Positions 18,967 to 28,296 of a stretch of 64,000 bases of DNA are shown here, in pieces. The stretch comes from Minisyncoccota bacterium. GTDB lineage: Bacteria; Patescibacteriota; Minisyncoccia; Phycocordibacterales; UBA9973. Below the pieces are notes generated by a model, which saw only the letters and a program-made list of their open reading frames with translations, ran no database searches and was not told the origin of the DNA. The number at the start of each line of letters is the position of its first letter. The stretch's first letter is position 1. The position numbers were made by a program, and so were the translations under genes. The stretch spans positions 4,684-68,683 of the forward strand of contig JBAYLA010000003.1 in NCBI GenBank assembly GCA_041664285.1, read 5' to 3'.

Positions 18967-19010
18967 ATACCACAAACCCTACTGTATTTTTGCTTTTTTC
19001 TCAAGTTTTT

Positions 19011-19051
19011 AAAACTAAAATACCCCAGATAATCCGGGGTATTTTAGTTTT
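19011..19051 (-). terminator. Rho-independent terminator
   Basis: AAAACTAAAATACCCC...GGGGTATTTTAGTTTT inverted repeat after stop at 19054. Confidence 0.75.
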
Positions 19052-19053
19052 GT

Positions 19054-19317
19054 TTATTGATTTGATGGCTTTTCTATGGTAATGATTTCTTTGATATCAG
19101 CCCACTTCTTTTTAGCAATATAGAAAATATATATAATTTCTAATATTCCAACAGTGTTTACTACCAATAACACAAGAAACCACACTTTTTGGTTGTTTTT
19201 GCCAGCTATCCACAAAGCACAACCCTTCCAAAACAAAGACCATATTAAAATTGGTAAAATAGCCCAACCCCAACTACTCAAACCATTATACATTAACAAT
19301 GCATTATATTGTTCCAT
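19054..19317 (-). CDS. DUF5652-family small membrane protein
   Basis: WSLFWKGCALW...WFLVLLVVNTVGILEIIYIF. Confidence 0.8.
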   Translation of the reverse strand: MEQYNALLMYNGLSSWGWAILPILIWSLFWKGCALWIAGKNNQKVWFLVLLVVNTVGILEIIYIFYIAKKKWADIKEIITIEKPSNQ

Positions 19318-19364
19318 AATAGGGTATTATACCATAAATAGATTTTTATGTTAATATTCTTCAT

Positions 19365-19814
19365 ATGACTACAGGTAGATTTATGGGGATTGATTATGGA
19401 ACTAAGAGAATAGGAGTAGCAATTTCAGACGAAAACCATACCTTAGCTTTCCCGAAAGAAATTGTTTTAAATGATTTAAATACTTTTAAAAAGATTAATG
19501 ACATAATAAAGAAGGAAAAAGTGGAAGAAATCGTGGTGGGGGAGTCGGTTGATTTTTCAGGTAAATTAAATGTTTTATCAGGTAGGATTGAAGTTTTTAT
19601 TTTAGAACTTAAAGAGAGGTTCAAGTTGCCAGTGCATAAACAAAAAGAGTTTCTGACTTCAGTAGAGGCCCGAAAATCTGGAATTAATAAAAAAAGTTTA
19701 AATTCACCACAGTCACATAGTAAAGTAAAACAAATAAAATCTGGCCGAGTAGATGCATCCGCTGCGGCACTTATATTACAGAGGTATTTAGATCGAAGAA
19801 ATAAACAAAAATGA
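19365..19814 (+). CDS. ruvX: YqgF/RuvX pre-16S rRNA nuclease
   Basis: GIDYGTKRIGVAISD; EFLTS; VDASAAALILQRYLD. Confidence 0.9.
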   Translation: MTTGRFMGIDYGTKRIGVAISDENHTLAFPKEIVLNDLNTFKKINDIIKKEKVEEIVVGESVDFSGKLNVLSGRIEVFILELKERFKLPVHKQKEFLTSVEARKSGINKKSLNSPQSHSKVKQIKSGRVDASAAALILQRYLDRRNKQK

Positions 19815-20140
19815 TTAATATAGAAGATTTTAAAAAAATAGATATTGTGGTTGGGGAAATTTTGTCTGTGGAGAAAGTTCCAGAGACAGATAAACTTTTG
19901 AAGCTTTCTGTTAATTTAGCTGAAGCTTTGCCGCGGCAGATAGTTTCTGGAATTTCTTTGTATTTTTCTGATTGTTCAGTTTTAGTGGGAAAGAAATGCA
20001 TGTTTGTAGCAAATTTAGAACCTAGAATGATACGAGGGATTGAAAGTAATGGGATGATCTTGGCTATTTCTACCGAAGATGGAAAGTTTTCACTTTTAGA
20101 ACCGAATGATGATATTCCAGTCGGTACCCATGCAAAGTGA
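19811..20140 (+). CDS. Stand-alone tRNA-binding OB domain (MetRS C-terminal/Trbp111/CsaA-like)
   Basis: EDFKKIDIVVGEI, DKLLKL, RQIVSGI, NLEPRMIRGIESNGMIL. Confidence 0.88.
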   Translation: MINIEDFKKIDIVVGEILSVEKVPETDKLLKLSVNLAEALPRQIVSGISLYFSDCSVLVGKKCMFVANLEPRMIRGIESNGMILAISTEDGKFSLLEPNDDIPVGTHAK

Positions 20141-20252
20141 TAGCGATGGAGACTTAAATATCGTATATGGAGTACTATATATCAATAGCACTCGGACATT
20201 AAACAAACTATTTAGCTTGTTTATGCTCCTCGTTTATTGATATAATATTACT

Positions 20253-21350
20253 ATGTTTAGTAATTCATTTAATAGAATTCTTTTCAGATTTTTTCCTCTA
20301 CCTAAAATTCTTTCAAAACCATCTTTTGGTTTAGATATTTCAGATGAATCATTAAAATTTGTAGAGCTTATTGCTAATAAAAATGGGATTAGGGTTGGAC
20401 GATATGGAGAGCGAAGTATCCCACTTGGAGTTATTGAATCTGGGAAAATTAAAGATTCAAAGAAAATAGAGGAAATTCTTTCCACTCTAAGAAAAGAAGA
20501 AGGAATAAAATCTGTACGTGTTTCTTTGCCCGAAGAACAAGTGTACCTCTTTCCTTTAAAGTTAGAAAAATCAGGTTTGAAAGATGTTCGAGAAGGAATT
20601 GAGCTTGCCTTGGAAGATCATATACCGATATTAGCCCAAGATACGATTTTTGATTTTGAAATAGTTAATGAGAATACTCAATATTTAGAGGTTCAAGTTA
20701 CAGCTATACCAAAAAATATAATTGAAAATTATTTATTAATTTTTGAACATTCTCAAATATCAGTTAAGTCTTTTGAGCTTGAGGCACAGGCAGCCTTTAG
20801 AGCTGTTATTAAAAAAAATGATATGGAGACTTATATGATTGTAGATTTTGGGAAAAAAAGAACTGGTATTTTTATTGTTTCAAAAGGTATTGTGGTATTT
20901 ACCTTTACTCTTGATTTAGGAGGAGTGATGTTGACTCAGATGATTCAAAAAAACTTCAATATAAGTTTTGAAGAAGCAGAAAAAATGAAAGAAGAATACG
21001 GCCTAGAGCGCAATACTAATAATAAAGAAATATTTGCGGTACTTTTAAATAGTGTTTCTGTTTTACGGGATGAGATAGCCAAACATTTTTTATATTGGCA
21101 TACACATAAAGACGAAGAGGGTAAAAACAATCTACCCATTAGAAAAATAATTTTTTGCGGTGGCGATTCTAATTTAAAAGGATTTCCCGATTACATTTCT
21201 GTCAGTATGAAAAGTCCTGTGGAGATGGCTAATGTTTGGATTAATATATTAAACACAGAAAATTCTGTTCCAGAAATGAGCTTTATGCAGTCACTTTCTT
21301 TTACTACTGCTTTAGGATTAGCCTTAAGAGATTTTGATGGTGATGAATAA
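20253..21350 (+). CDS. pilM: Type IV pilus assembly protein PilM
   Basis: FGLDISDESLK, IVDFGKKRT, EEAEKMK, CGGDSNL actin-like fold. Confidence 0.88.
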   Translation: MFSNSFNRILFRFFPLPKILSKPSFGLDISDESLKFVELIANKNGIRVGRYGERSIPLGVIESGKIKDSKKIEEILSTLRKEEGIKSVRVSLPEEQVYLFPLKLEKSGLKDVREGIELALEDHIPILAQDTIFDFEIVNENTQYLEVQVTAIPKNIIENYLLIFEHSQISVKSFELEAQAAFRAVIKKNDMETYMIVDFGKKRTGIFIVSKGIVVFTFTLDLGGVMLTQMIQKNFNISFEEAEKMKEEYGLERNTNNKEIFAVLLNSVSVLRDEIAKHFLYWHTHKDEEGKNNLPIRKIIFCGGDSNLKGFPDYISVSMKSPVEMANVWINILNTENSVPEMSFMQSLSFTTALGLALRDFDGDE

Positions 21351-21355
21351 ATTGT

Positions 21356-21898
21356 ATGATTAATTTAATTCCCAAAGAAGAAAAGAAGAAGATGGTCATA
21401 GATTTTTATTTTAGATTTGCAATTTTATTTGTAGGAATGCTTGATTTTTGTATTTTAATTGCTTTTGTTTCTCTCTTGCCATCATATTTTGTTACTTCTA
21501 TAAAATATTCTTTGATTAGTACAAAATTAGAAAACCAACAACTAGAACCATTACCTATTTTAGGACAAGAATCACTGGCTTCGGTTAAAGACATAGATAC
21601 TAAGCTTGTTTTAATTGAAAAGTTTGAAAAAAATAAATTTCTTCTTTCTGTGAAGGTAATTAATGCCGTTCTTCTTAAAAAAAGGTCTGATATTAAAATT
21701 ACCCAAATTTTATATGAAAACAATGAAAAAAATGGTAGAAAAATTAGTCTTACCGGAGTAGCTCCTTCTCGTGAGGTTTTGCTTTTGTTTCGCAAAGCAC
21801 TAGAGGATAGCCCTGATTTTAAAAATATTGTTTTGCCAATTTCAAATTTTGTGAAAGGGTCTGATATCGATTTTAATTTAAGCTTAAGTCCTTCGTAA
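21356..21898 (+). CDS. pilN: Type IV pilus assembly protein PilN-like
   Basis: MINLIP motif, TM, LTGVAPSRE. Confidence 0.8.
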   Translation: MINLIPKEEKKKMVIDFYFRFAILFVGMLDFCILIAFVSLLPSYFVTSIKYSLISTKLENQQLEPLPILGQESLASVKDIDTKLVLIEKFEKNKFLLSVKVINAVLLKKRSDIKITQILYENNEKNGRKISLTGVAPSREVLLLFRKALEDSPDFKNIVLPISNFVKGSDIDFNLSLSPS

Positions 21899-21915
21899 GA
21901 TGATAGAATAAAATT

Positions 21916-22455
21916 ATGAAAAATAATCTTCAAAAAATATTACTTGTTATCTTTATCGCACTTTTGTTATTGGGTTGTTTGGCTTTTGTATTTTTATATA
22001 AAAAAATAAATGATAATAATCAAAAAATACAAGAGAATACAACAAGCTTTCAAACAGAGGCACGTAGACGTGAAGAAATTGCTTCTCTTGATCGAGTCCT
22101 TCAAAAAAATGCTTCAAATAGAATTTTGCTTGAAAGTCATTTTATAAAGAGTTCTGACGTTGTTCCATTTTTAAATATGATTGAAAGAGTGGGGAAGGAG
22201 GCAGGAGTTTCTTCAAAAATTAATTCTGTTGATGCCAAGGTAAATAATTCAGGATTAACGGTTGATTTAAAAATAGAAGGTAAATTTGAAGCAATTTATA
22301 AATTTTTAACCTTATTGGAAAATTCTCCATATGTGCTCGATTTTATATCAATGGATATACATAGACTCTCATCTCCAGTTACATTAGATAAAAATGTTAA
22401 AAATGAAAGCTGGGTGGCCGTTTTTAAGATACAACTTTTAAGTTTTATTCCATGA
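21916..22455 (+). CDS. pilO: Type IV pilus assembly protein PilO-like
   Basis: TM, coiled coil, GKFEAIYKFLTLLEN; follows pilMN. Confidence 0.7.
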   Translation: MKNNLQKILLVIFIALLLLGCLAFVFLYKKINDNNQKIQENTTSFQTEARRREEIASLDRVLQKNASNRILLESHFIKSSDVVPFLNMIERVGKEAGVSSKINSVDAKVNNSGLTVDLKIEGKFEAIYKFLTLLENSPYVLDFISMDIHRLSSPVTLDKNVKNESWVAVFKIQLLSFIP

Positions 22456-22760
22456 AAATAGATTTTTTTAAAAAAGAAAAAAGTTTTAAGAAAAAAGATT
22501 TTATTTTTCATTTAAATCTTTATTGGATAGTTGTTCTTATTATTACAATTAGCATAATTTTTCTTTCTTTTATTTTTAGTTATCGTCTTTTTATGCAAAT
22601 AAATCAAGAACCTATTTTATCAGTCACGAACAAGAACGGACAACTTCCTGTAGTTAACCAAGATCGTATCGAAAAAGTATTAAATGTTTTTTCTGAAAGA
22701 GAAAGTAATTCAAAGCAAATATTAAACTCTTCTTTATCTGTCGTTGACCCTTCGCTGTAA
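22452..22760 (+). CDS. Small single-TM protein in pil operon (PilP position)
   Basis: Overlaps pilO stop; TM; ends DPSL. Confidence 0.55.
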   Translation: MKIDFFKKEKSFKKKDFIFHLNLYWIVVLIITISIIFLSFIFSYRLFMQINQEPILSVTNKNGQLPVVNQDRIEKVLNVFSERESNSKQILNSSLSVVDPSL

Positions 22761-22820
22761 AAATGGTAATTTAAATAAGTTCTAGATAAAAATTTTTAAA
22801 AGGTTGGCTGTTATATATAT

Positions 22821-22893
22821 GCGCGGTTAGCTCAGTTGGTAGAGCAACCCGTTTACACCGGGAAGGTCAGGGGTTCGAGTCCCTTACCGCGCA
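22821..22893 (+). tRNA. tRNA-Val(TAC)
   Basis: GCGCGGT acceptor, loop TTTACAC, GGTTCGAGTCC. Confidence 0.93.
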
Positions 22894-22932
22894 CCCTCGG
22901 CCGTAGCCCATGGGCGAGGCATGTACCATTTT

Positions 22933-23004
22933 GCCCTTGTAGTTCAATGGATAGAACGAAGCTCTTCTAAGGCTTTGATGTAGGTTCGATTCCTACCAAG
23001 GGCA
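22933..23004 (+). tRNA. tRNA-Arg(TCT)
   Basis: GCCCTTG acceptor, AAGCT-CTTCTAA-GGCTT, GGTTCGATTCC. Confidence 0.93.
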
Positions 23005-23030
23005 CAAAACTGAAAGTTTTGTGAGTCCGC

Positions 23031-23088
23031 AGCGCGACGGCGCGAGGAGCGGGTCGCGAAATTTTTCAGCAGAAAAATATTTGCGACC
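23031..23088. repeat. GC-rich double hairpin after tRNA-Arg, related to repeat family A
   Basis: AGCGCGACGGCGC identical to the minus strand of 5013..5025, followed by GGTCGCGAAATTTTTC-AGCA-GAAAAATATTTGCGACC. Confidence 0.55.
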
Positions 23089-23089
23089 A

Positions 23090-23749
23090 ATGAAAATTAA
23101 TATTCTATATGAAGATTCTAATATTCTAGCCATAGACAAACCATCTGGAATTTTAGTGCATCCAGATAAATGGAGCAAAGAAAAAACAATTCTTGATTTA
23201 TTTATTAAAAAATATCCCAAATTAGAAATAGTGCACCGTTTAGATAAAGATACTTCTGGAGTAATGTTATTGGCTAAAAACAAAAAGACTCACGAATTTC
23301 TCAAAAGCCAATTTCAGAATAGGGATGTAAAGAAAATTTATGTGGCAATAGTATCCGGTTCCGTAAACAATGATCGTGGAGTGATCAATAAGCCAATTGG
23401 GCGAAGCCCAAAAGATTTCCGAAGGCGTCTTGCTGGCAGAGGAGCTAGAGGTGAGATGCGAGAAGCTGTTACCGAATACCGTGTCCTCAAACGTCTAAAA
23501 AATTTTACTTATCTTGAAGTTCGTCCTAAAACTGGCCGAACACATCAGATTCGCGTGCATTTAAAATATTTAAATCATCCGGTAGTTTGTGATTCTCTTT
23601 ATAATCCAGATAACCCATGCCCAAAGGGTTTAAAACGCTTAGCCCTTCATGCAAAATCAATAGAATTTAAAAATTTGAAAGGAGAAATTATTAAAGTTGA
23701 ATCATCTATACCAAAAGAGTTTAAAGAAATGGTAAATCCACACACTTAA
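23090..23749 (+). CDS. RluA/RluD-family pseudouridine synthase
   Basis: DKPSGILVH, VHRLDKDTSG, TGRTHQIRVH, LALHA; ATG 23090 preferred over GTG 23021. Confidence 0.92.
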   Translation: MKINILYEDSNILAIDKPSGILVHPDKWSKEKTILDLFIKKYPKLEIVHRLDKDTSGVMLLAKNKKTHEFLKSQFQNRDVKKIYVAIVSGSVNNDRGVINKPIGRSPKDFRRRLAGRGARGEMREAVTEYRVLKRLKNFTYLEVRPKTGRTHQIRVHLKYLNHPVVCDSLYNPDNPCPKGLKRLALHAKSIEFKNLKGEIIKVESSIPKEFKEMVNPHT

Positions 23750-23776
23750 TTTTTTTGCTTTAAATTAAGTGTGTGG
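23738..23776. repeat. Palindromic repeat family B, variant copy
   Basis: CCACACACTTAATTT...AAATTAAGTGTGTGG, overlapping the RluA stop. Confidence 0.65.
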
Positions 23777-23789
23777 GTAAAATAATAAG

Positions 23790-25493
23790 ATGAAAGACGA
23801 AATTAGGAATTGCCCAAACTGTCACAAAGACTTCACTATTGAGTCGGAAGATTTTAATTTTTATGAAAAAATAAAAGTGCTTGCACCAACCTGGTGTCCA
23901 GAGTGTCGAATGATTCGACGTATGGCTTGCCAGAATTGCTGGTCTTTGTTTTATAGAAATTGCGATAAATGCGGCAAACGCACACTTTCTATGTATCCAC
24001 CTTCGCAGAAAATTACTGTCTATTGTCAGCCATGTTGGTGGGCAGATGATTGGGATGGTACAGAATTTGCCATGGATTATAAGTCAGATCGTCCATTTTT
24101 GGAACAATTAAAAGAACTTTCCGAAAAAACTCCATATCCGGCTCTAGAAACAGGGTATCTAACTTTAAAAAATTGTGACTATAGTAATTCTATTGGTTAT
24201 TCTAAAAATTGCATGCTCGCAACTTGGGCGGATAATTGTGAAAATGTTTACTTTTCTTCTTTTTTAAATGGAGCTAAGGATGTATCAGATAGTTTGCGAA
24301 TTTTTAAATCCGAATTGTGTTATGAATCTATTGGGCAGCGTAAATGTTACCGTATTTTTTATTCACAGGAATGTGATGATTGTAGTGAAGTTTGGTTTTC
24401 TCGTAATTGTTATGGGTGTATGAATTGTGTAGGTTGTGTGAATTTGCGTGGTGCGTCAAATTGTATTTTTAATATTAAATATACAAAAGAAGAATACTCG
24501 AACAAATTAAAAGAATTAAAATTAGATACTCGTTCTGGGATAAATGTTTTTCAAAAAGAAATTAAAGCATTTTGGGGAAAATTTCCTTACCGTTCTTATA
24601 CGGGAGATACTTTTAACCTACATGTTACCGGAGAGTATATTTATAAATCAAAAAATTCTAAAGAAATGTATATTACCAGCCATACGAAAGATAGTAAATG
24701 GTGCCAATTTATAACCTACAAACCGGTAGAAAATTGCATGGACTATTCTGGCTGGGGCAATAACGCAGAACTTATTTATGAAGCAACAAACGTGGGAGTT
24801 AATGTAAGTAATGTGAAATTCTCAATATATTGTTTTCCTGACGTTATGAATACGGAATATTCTTTATGGTGTATATCAGCAAAAAATAATTTTGGTTGTG
24901 CTAGTTTAAAACGTAAGAATTATTGTATTTTAAATAAAGAATACTCTAAAGAATCTTTTGATAAGCTCAAGGTACAAATAATTGAAGATATGAAAAACAA
25001 TCCATACATAGATGAAAAGGGAAGAGTGTGGAAGTATGGAGAATTATTTCAACCTGGTTTTAGTAAATTTGCTTATAATAATTCTACTGCTTATAAATTT
25101 TTCCCAAAAACCAAAGAAGAAGCATTAGCCTTAGGTTATACTTGGAATGAAGAAGTGGAACAACAAAATGAGGCAACCATAGATGGGAAAGATTTACCAG
25201 AAACTATTGAGGAGGTAGACAATTCAATTCTACAAGAAATAATTTCTTGTATTTCTTGTAGAAGAAAATATAAAATTACAAGTTTGGAATTGGATCTTCT
25301 TAAAAAAATGAACTTACCCCTTCCTCAAGAATGTCTAAAATGTAGAGAAAACAAAAGATTTAAGAGAATAAATAAACCTAAACTGTACAATAGAACTTGC
25401 ATGAAATGTGGCACCGACATTTATACCCCTTATGCACCTGAAGATCCCAGAATAGTTTATTGTGTAAAATGTTACCAAGATGAATTTTTGTAA
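23790..25493 (+). CDS. CPR-type Cys-rich multi-zinc-ribbon protein, paralog 1
   Basis: NCPNCHKDF...PTWCPECR, many CxxC, central Cys-periodic repeats, IVYCVKCYQ end. Confidence 0.8.
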   Translation: MKDEIRNCPNCHKDFTIESEDFNFYEKIKVLAPTWCPECRMIRRMACQNCWSLFYRNCDKCGKRTLSMYPPSQKITVYCQPCWWADDWDGTEFAMDYKSDRPFLEQLKELSEKTPYPALETGYLTLKNCDYSNSIGYSKNCMLATWADNCENVYFSSFLNGAKDVSDSLRIFKSELCYESIGQRKCYRIFYSQECDDCSEVWFSRNCYGCMNCVGCVNLRGASNCIFNIKYTKEEYSNKLKELKLDTRSGINVFQKEIKAFWGKFPYRSYTGDTFNLHVTGEYIYKSKNSKEMYITSHTKDSKWCQFITYKPVENCMDYSGWGNNAELIYEATNVGVNVSNVKFSIYCFPDVMNTEYSLWCISAKNNFGCASLKRKNYCILNKEYSKESFDKLKVQIIEDMKNNPYIDEKGRVWKYGELFQPGFSKFAYNNSTAYKFFPKTKEEALALGYTWNEEVEQQNEATIDGKDLPETIEEVDNSILQEIISCISCRRKYKITSLELDLLKKMNLPLPQECLKCRENKRFKRINKPKLYNRTCMKCGTDIYTPYAPEDPRIVYCVKCYQDEFL

Positions 25494-25534
25494 AAATTGC
25501 AAAGAAAGAAGGTTTATGTTAGATTAAATCCACT

Positions 25535-25945
25535 ATGGCAGGAAATAAAATCAATAAAATAAAATTTAGTCCAGTAGATATTGAGGAACGAAAGAAGCTT
25601 AATTTCAAGGCTGGAGATACAGTTTCTGTTTCTTCAAAGATTCTAGACGAAAAAGGTAAATTTCGTTTTCAGGCTTTTGAGGGGATTGTTCTCGCGAGGA
25701 AACACGGAACGGAAGTAGGTGCTACTTTTACTGTTAGAAAAATTGCTTCAGGAGTAGGAGTGGAAAGAATTTTTCCATTATATTCTCCGATGATAGGGAA
25801 GATTGAAATAACTAAAAAGGCTCACGCTCGCAGATCCAAGCTTTACTATATTCGTACAAAAGCTATCAAAGATGTTCGCAAAAAAATGCGTTCAGTCACT
25901 AATCAAGAAGAGGCAACGGAAGCAGTAGAGAAAGTTGTCGAATAA
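25535..25945 (+). CDS. rplS: 50S ribosomal protein L19
   Basis: FKAGDTV, QAFEGIV, TFTVRKIASGVGVERIFPLYSP, RRSKLYY. Confidence 0.96.
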   Translation: MAGNKINKIKFSPVDIEERKKLNFKAGDTVSVSSKILDEKGKFRFQAFEGIVLARKHGTEVGATFTVRKIASGVGVERIFPLYSPMIGKIEITKKAHARRSKLYYIRTKAIKDVRKKMRSVTNQEEATEAVEKVVE

Positions 25946-26026
25946 ATTTTGCCCCCGATCGCCTGCTCGTAAACTCGCATCGGCGATTCCGAAACGGATT
26001 GGGGGCAAAGCAAAGCAGTTTGCTTT

Positions 26027-26110
26027 GCCCAGGTGGCGAAACTGGTAGACGTACTACCTTGAGGTGGTAGCGCCCGCAAGGGCATGGGAGTTCAAATCTC
26101 CCCCTGGGCA
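26027..26110 (+). tRNA. tRNA-Leu(GAG)
   Basis: GCCCAGG acceptor, CTACC-TTGAGGT-GGTAG, variable arm GCCC-GCAA-GGGC. Confidence 0.94.
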
Positions 26111-26120
26111 CAAATAATTT

Positions 26121-26345
26121 ATGGATATAAATATTTTTAAATTAATAGGGGCCATTGGACTTCTTTTAATTTCTGTCGGCTTGTTGTTAAAAAATAGAAA
26201 ATACGAAGATGTTCTCTATATAGTTGGTGGTTGTTGCTTAGAAATTTACAGCATTCACATCAGAGATACTATTTTTATAGTTTTGCAAATTATTTTTATC
26301 TTATTTGCTATTTATAATCTTTTGAAAATTAAAAAAATTTTCTAA
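26121..26345 (+). CDS. Small membrane protein
   Basis: Three hydrophobic segments; IGAIGLLLISVG. Confidence 0.6.
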   Translation: MDINIFKLIGAIGLLLISVGLLLKNRKYEDVLYIVGGCCLEIYSIHIRDTIFIVLQIIFILFAIYNLLKIKKIF

Positions 26346-26386
26346 GTAGCATTTCTATAATTTTTTTGCTATAACTTAGAACACAT

Positions 26387-26461
26387 GGTGGTTATGGTGT
26401 AGCGGTAGCACAAAAGCTTGTGGAGCTTTTAGTTCGGGTTCGACCCCCGATAACCACCCCA
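26387..26461 (+). tRNA. tRNA-His(GTG)
   Basis: G-1, GTGGTTA/TAACCAC acceptor, C73, AAAGC-TTGTGGA-GCTTT, followed by CCA. Confidence 0.94.
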
Positions 26462-26489
26462 ATATAATTCCTGTATTATCTATAATATT

Positions 26490-28238
26490 ATGGAAACACA
26501 AATTAGAAATTGCCAGAACTGTAAAAAAGATTTCACGATAGAAGCGGAAGATTTTGATTTTTACAAGAAACTAAATGTTCCTGCTCCTACATGGTGTCCA
26601 GATTGTAGATTTATACGTAAGCTCACTTTTATAAATGAACGGTCTCTGTATAAGGGAGTTTGTGGTAATTGTAAAAAATCAATAATAACAATGTACCATC
26701 CGGATATCCCTTTTCCTTCCTGGTGTATTAAATGTCACTTAAGTGATATATGGGATGCACGTGATTATGGTAGAGAATATGATTTCTCTAGAAATTTTTT
26801 CGAACAGTTTAAAGAATTAAAATATAGTATTCCACACAGGGCACTTGATCAAAATGAAAGGAACGGAGAAGGCTGTGAGTATTCTAATCTATGCTATACC
26901 AGTAAAGATGTATATTTATCTTTTGATATTATTGCCTCAGAACATATCAAATACTCGGCACATGTTTTAAAATTTAATAAAAATTGTATGGACTCTATGA
27001 TTATAAAAGCCAATGATCGAGGGTATGAGTTGGTACAAGCGAGCCGAAATTATAATTCAACTTTTTTAGTTGAAAGCGATCAATGCATAGAATCACATTT
27101 TCTTTATGATTGTTCTAATTGTGTAAATTGTTGTTTGTCCTCGAATCTTCGAAACAAAAGCAATGTTTTCAGAAATCAGCAATTATCAAAAGAAGAATAC
27201 GAAAAAGCTGTTACTACTTTAAAACTTGAAACATATTCTGGTCAACTACGAGCTAAACAAGAATTTGCAACAATAGCTAAAAATGCTATTCATAAATATG
27301 CGCATATCAAAAATTCTGTAAATGCTATAGGAGATTTTATAGAAGATTCAAAAAATTTATACCATTGTTATGGTTTTGCAAAATCTGAAAATGTTAAATA
27401 TGGTTTTTGGGCGGCGAACATAATTAAAGATTCCCAAGATGTAATAATTCTAGGAAAAGTAGAGGAATGTTATGAATTTACTATGGGGGGCAGGGGCGGA
27501 AGTCGGCTAATTTTTTCTTTTAGCTGTGGTGGTACATGTAAAGATTTGTTTTATTGTGACAGTTGCAGGGGAAGCTCGAATTGCTTTGGCTGTATTAATT
27601 TAATTAAAAAACAGTATTGTATTTTTAATAAACAATATTCCAAAGAAGAATATTTTGAATTATTGCCTAAAATTATAAAACACATGAATGATATACCTTA
27701 CATAGATGCTTCTGGGAGAAAATATACTTTTGGTGAATTTTTTCCACCAGAAATTTCACCATTTGCTTATAATGAGACCATAGCATTTGAAGAACTTCCT
27801 CTTTCTAAAGATGAGATACTTTCTCAAGGTTACAAATGGAGAGACGAAGAATCAAAAACATATATTCCAACTTTAAAAACTGAAATGATTCCAGATAGCA
27901 TCAATGATGTAGTCGACATTATTTGCAATGAAATTATAGAATGTCCAAATAAAGGCAAAGTAGAAACACGATGCACATTAGCTTTTAGAATATTACCAGA
28001 TGAATTGTCTTTTTATCGGCAAATGAATTTACCTATTCCGAGATATTGTCCAAATTGTAGATATCATCAACGTTTAATTTGGAAAAATCCTTTCCATTTT
28101 TATAAACGACAATGCATGTGTGAATTATCAAATCATAATCATAATGAAAAATGCCAAATAGAATTTGAAACAATGTATTCACCAGATCGTCCTGAGATAA
28201 TTTATTGTAAGCAATGTTACCAGCAAGAAGTTTATTAA
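26490..28238 (+). CDS. CPR-type Cys-rich multi-zinc-ribbon protein, paralog 2
   Basis: NCQNCKKDF...PTWCPDCR, CxxC clusters, YCKQCYQQEVY end; collinear with 23790..25493. Confidence 0.8.
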   Translation: METQIRNCQNCKKDFTIEAEDFDFYKKLNVPAPTWCPDCRFIRKLTFINERSLYKGVCGNCKKSIITMYHPDIPFPSWCIKCHLSDIWDARDYGREYDFSRNFFEQFKELKYSIPHRALDQNERNGEGCEYSNLCYTSKDVYLSFDIIASEHIKYSAHVLKFNKNCMDSMIIKANDRGYELVQASRNYNSTFLVESDQCIESHFLYDCSNCVNCCLSSNLRNKSNVFRNQQLSKEEYEKAVTTLKLETYSGQLRAKQEFATIAKNAIHKYAHIKNSVNAIGDFIEDSKNLYHCYGFAKSENVKYGFWAANIIKDSQDVIILGKVEECYEFTMGGRGGSRLIFSFSCGGTCKDLFYCDSCRGSSNCFGCINLIKKQYCIFNKQYSKEEYFELLPKIIKHMNDIPYIDASGRKYTFGEFFPPEISPFAYNETIAFEELPLSKDEILSQGYKWRDEESKTYIPTLKTEMIPDSINDVVDIICNEIIECPNKGKVETRCTLAFRILPDELSFYRQMNLPIPRYCPNCRYHQRLIWKNPFHFYKRQCMCELSNHNHNEKCQIEFETMYSPDRPEIIYCKQCYQQEVY

Positions 28239-28296
28239 AGATATTATTTGTTTTTAGTTTTTAGACTATCAAGAATTGAACTGATATAATAAAAAT

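Noticed and set aside
23021-23089. N-terminal extension of RluA in the ORF track
   Set aside because: It is read-through of the hairpin element; the family-typical start is ATG 23090
25899-26111. Minus-strand ORFs of 60-70 aa
   Set aside because: Antisense to tRNA-Leu and a hairpin region
23790-28238. Diversity-generating retroelement targeting the Cys-rich paralogs
   Set aside because: No reverse transcriptase and no near-identical TR/VR pair differing at adenines was seen
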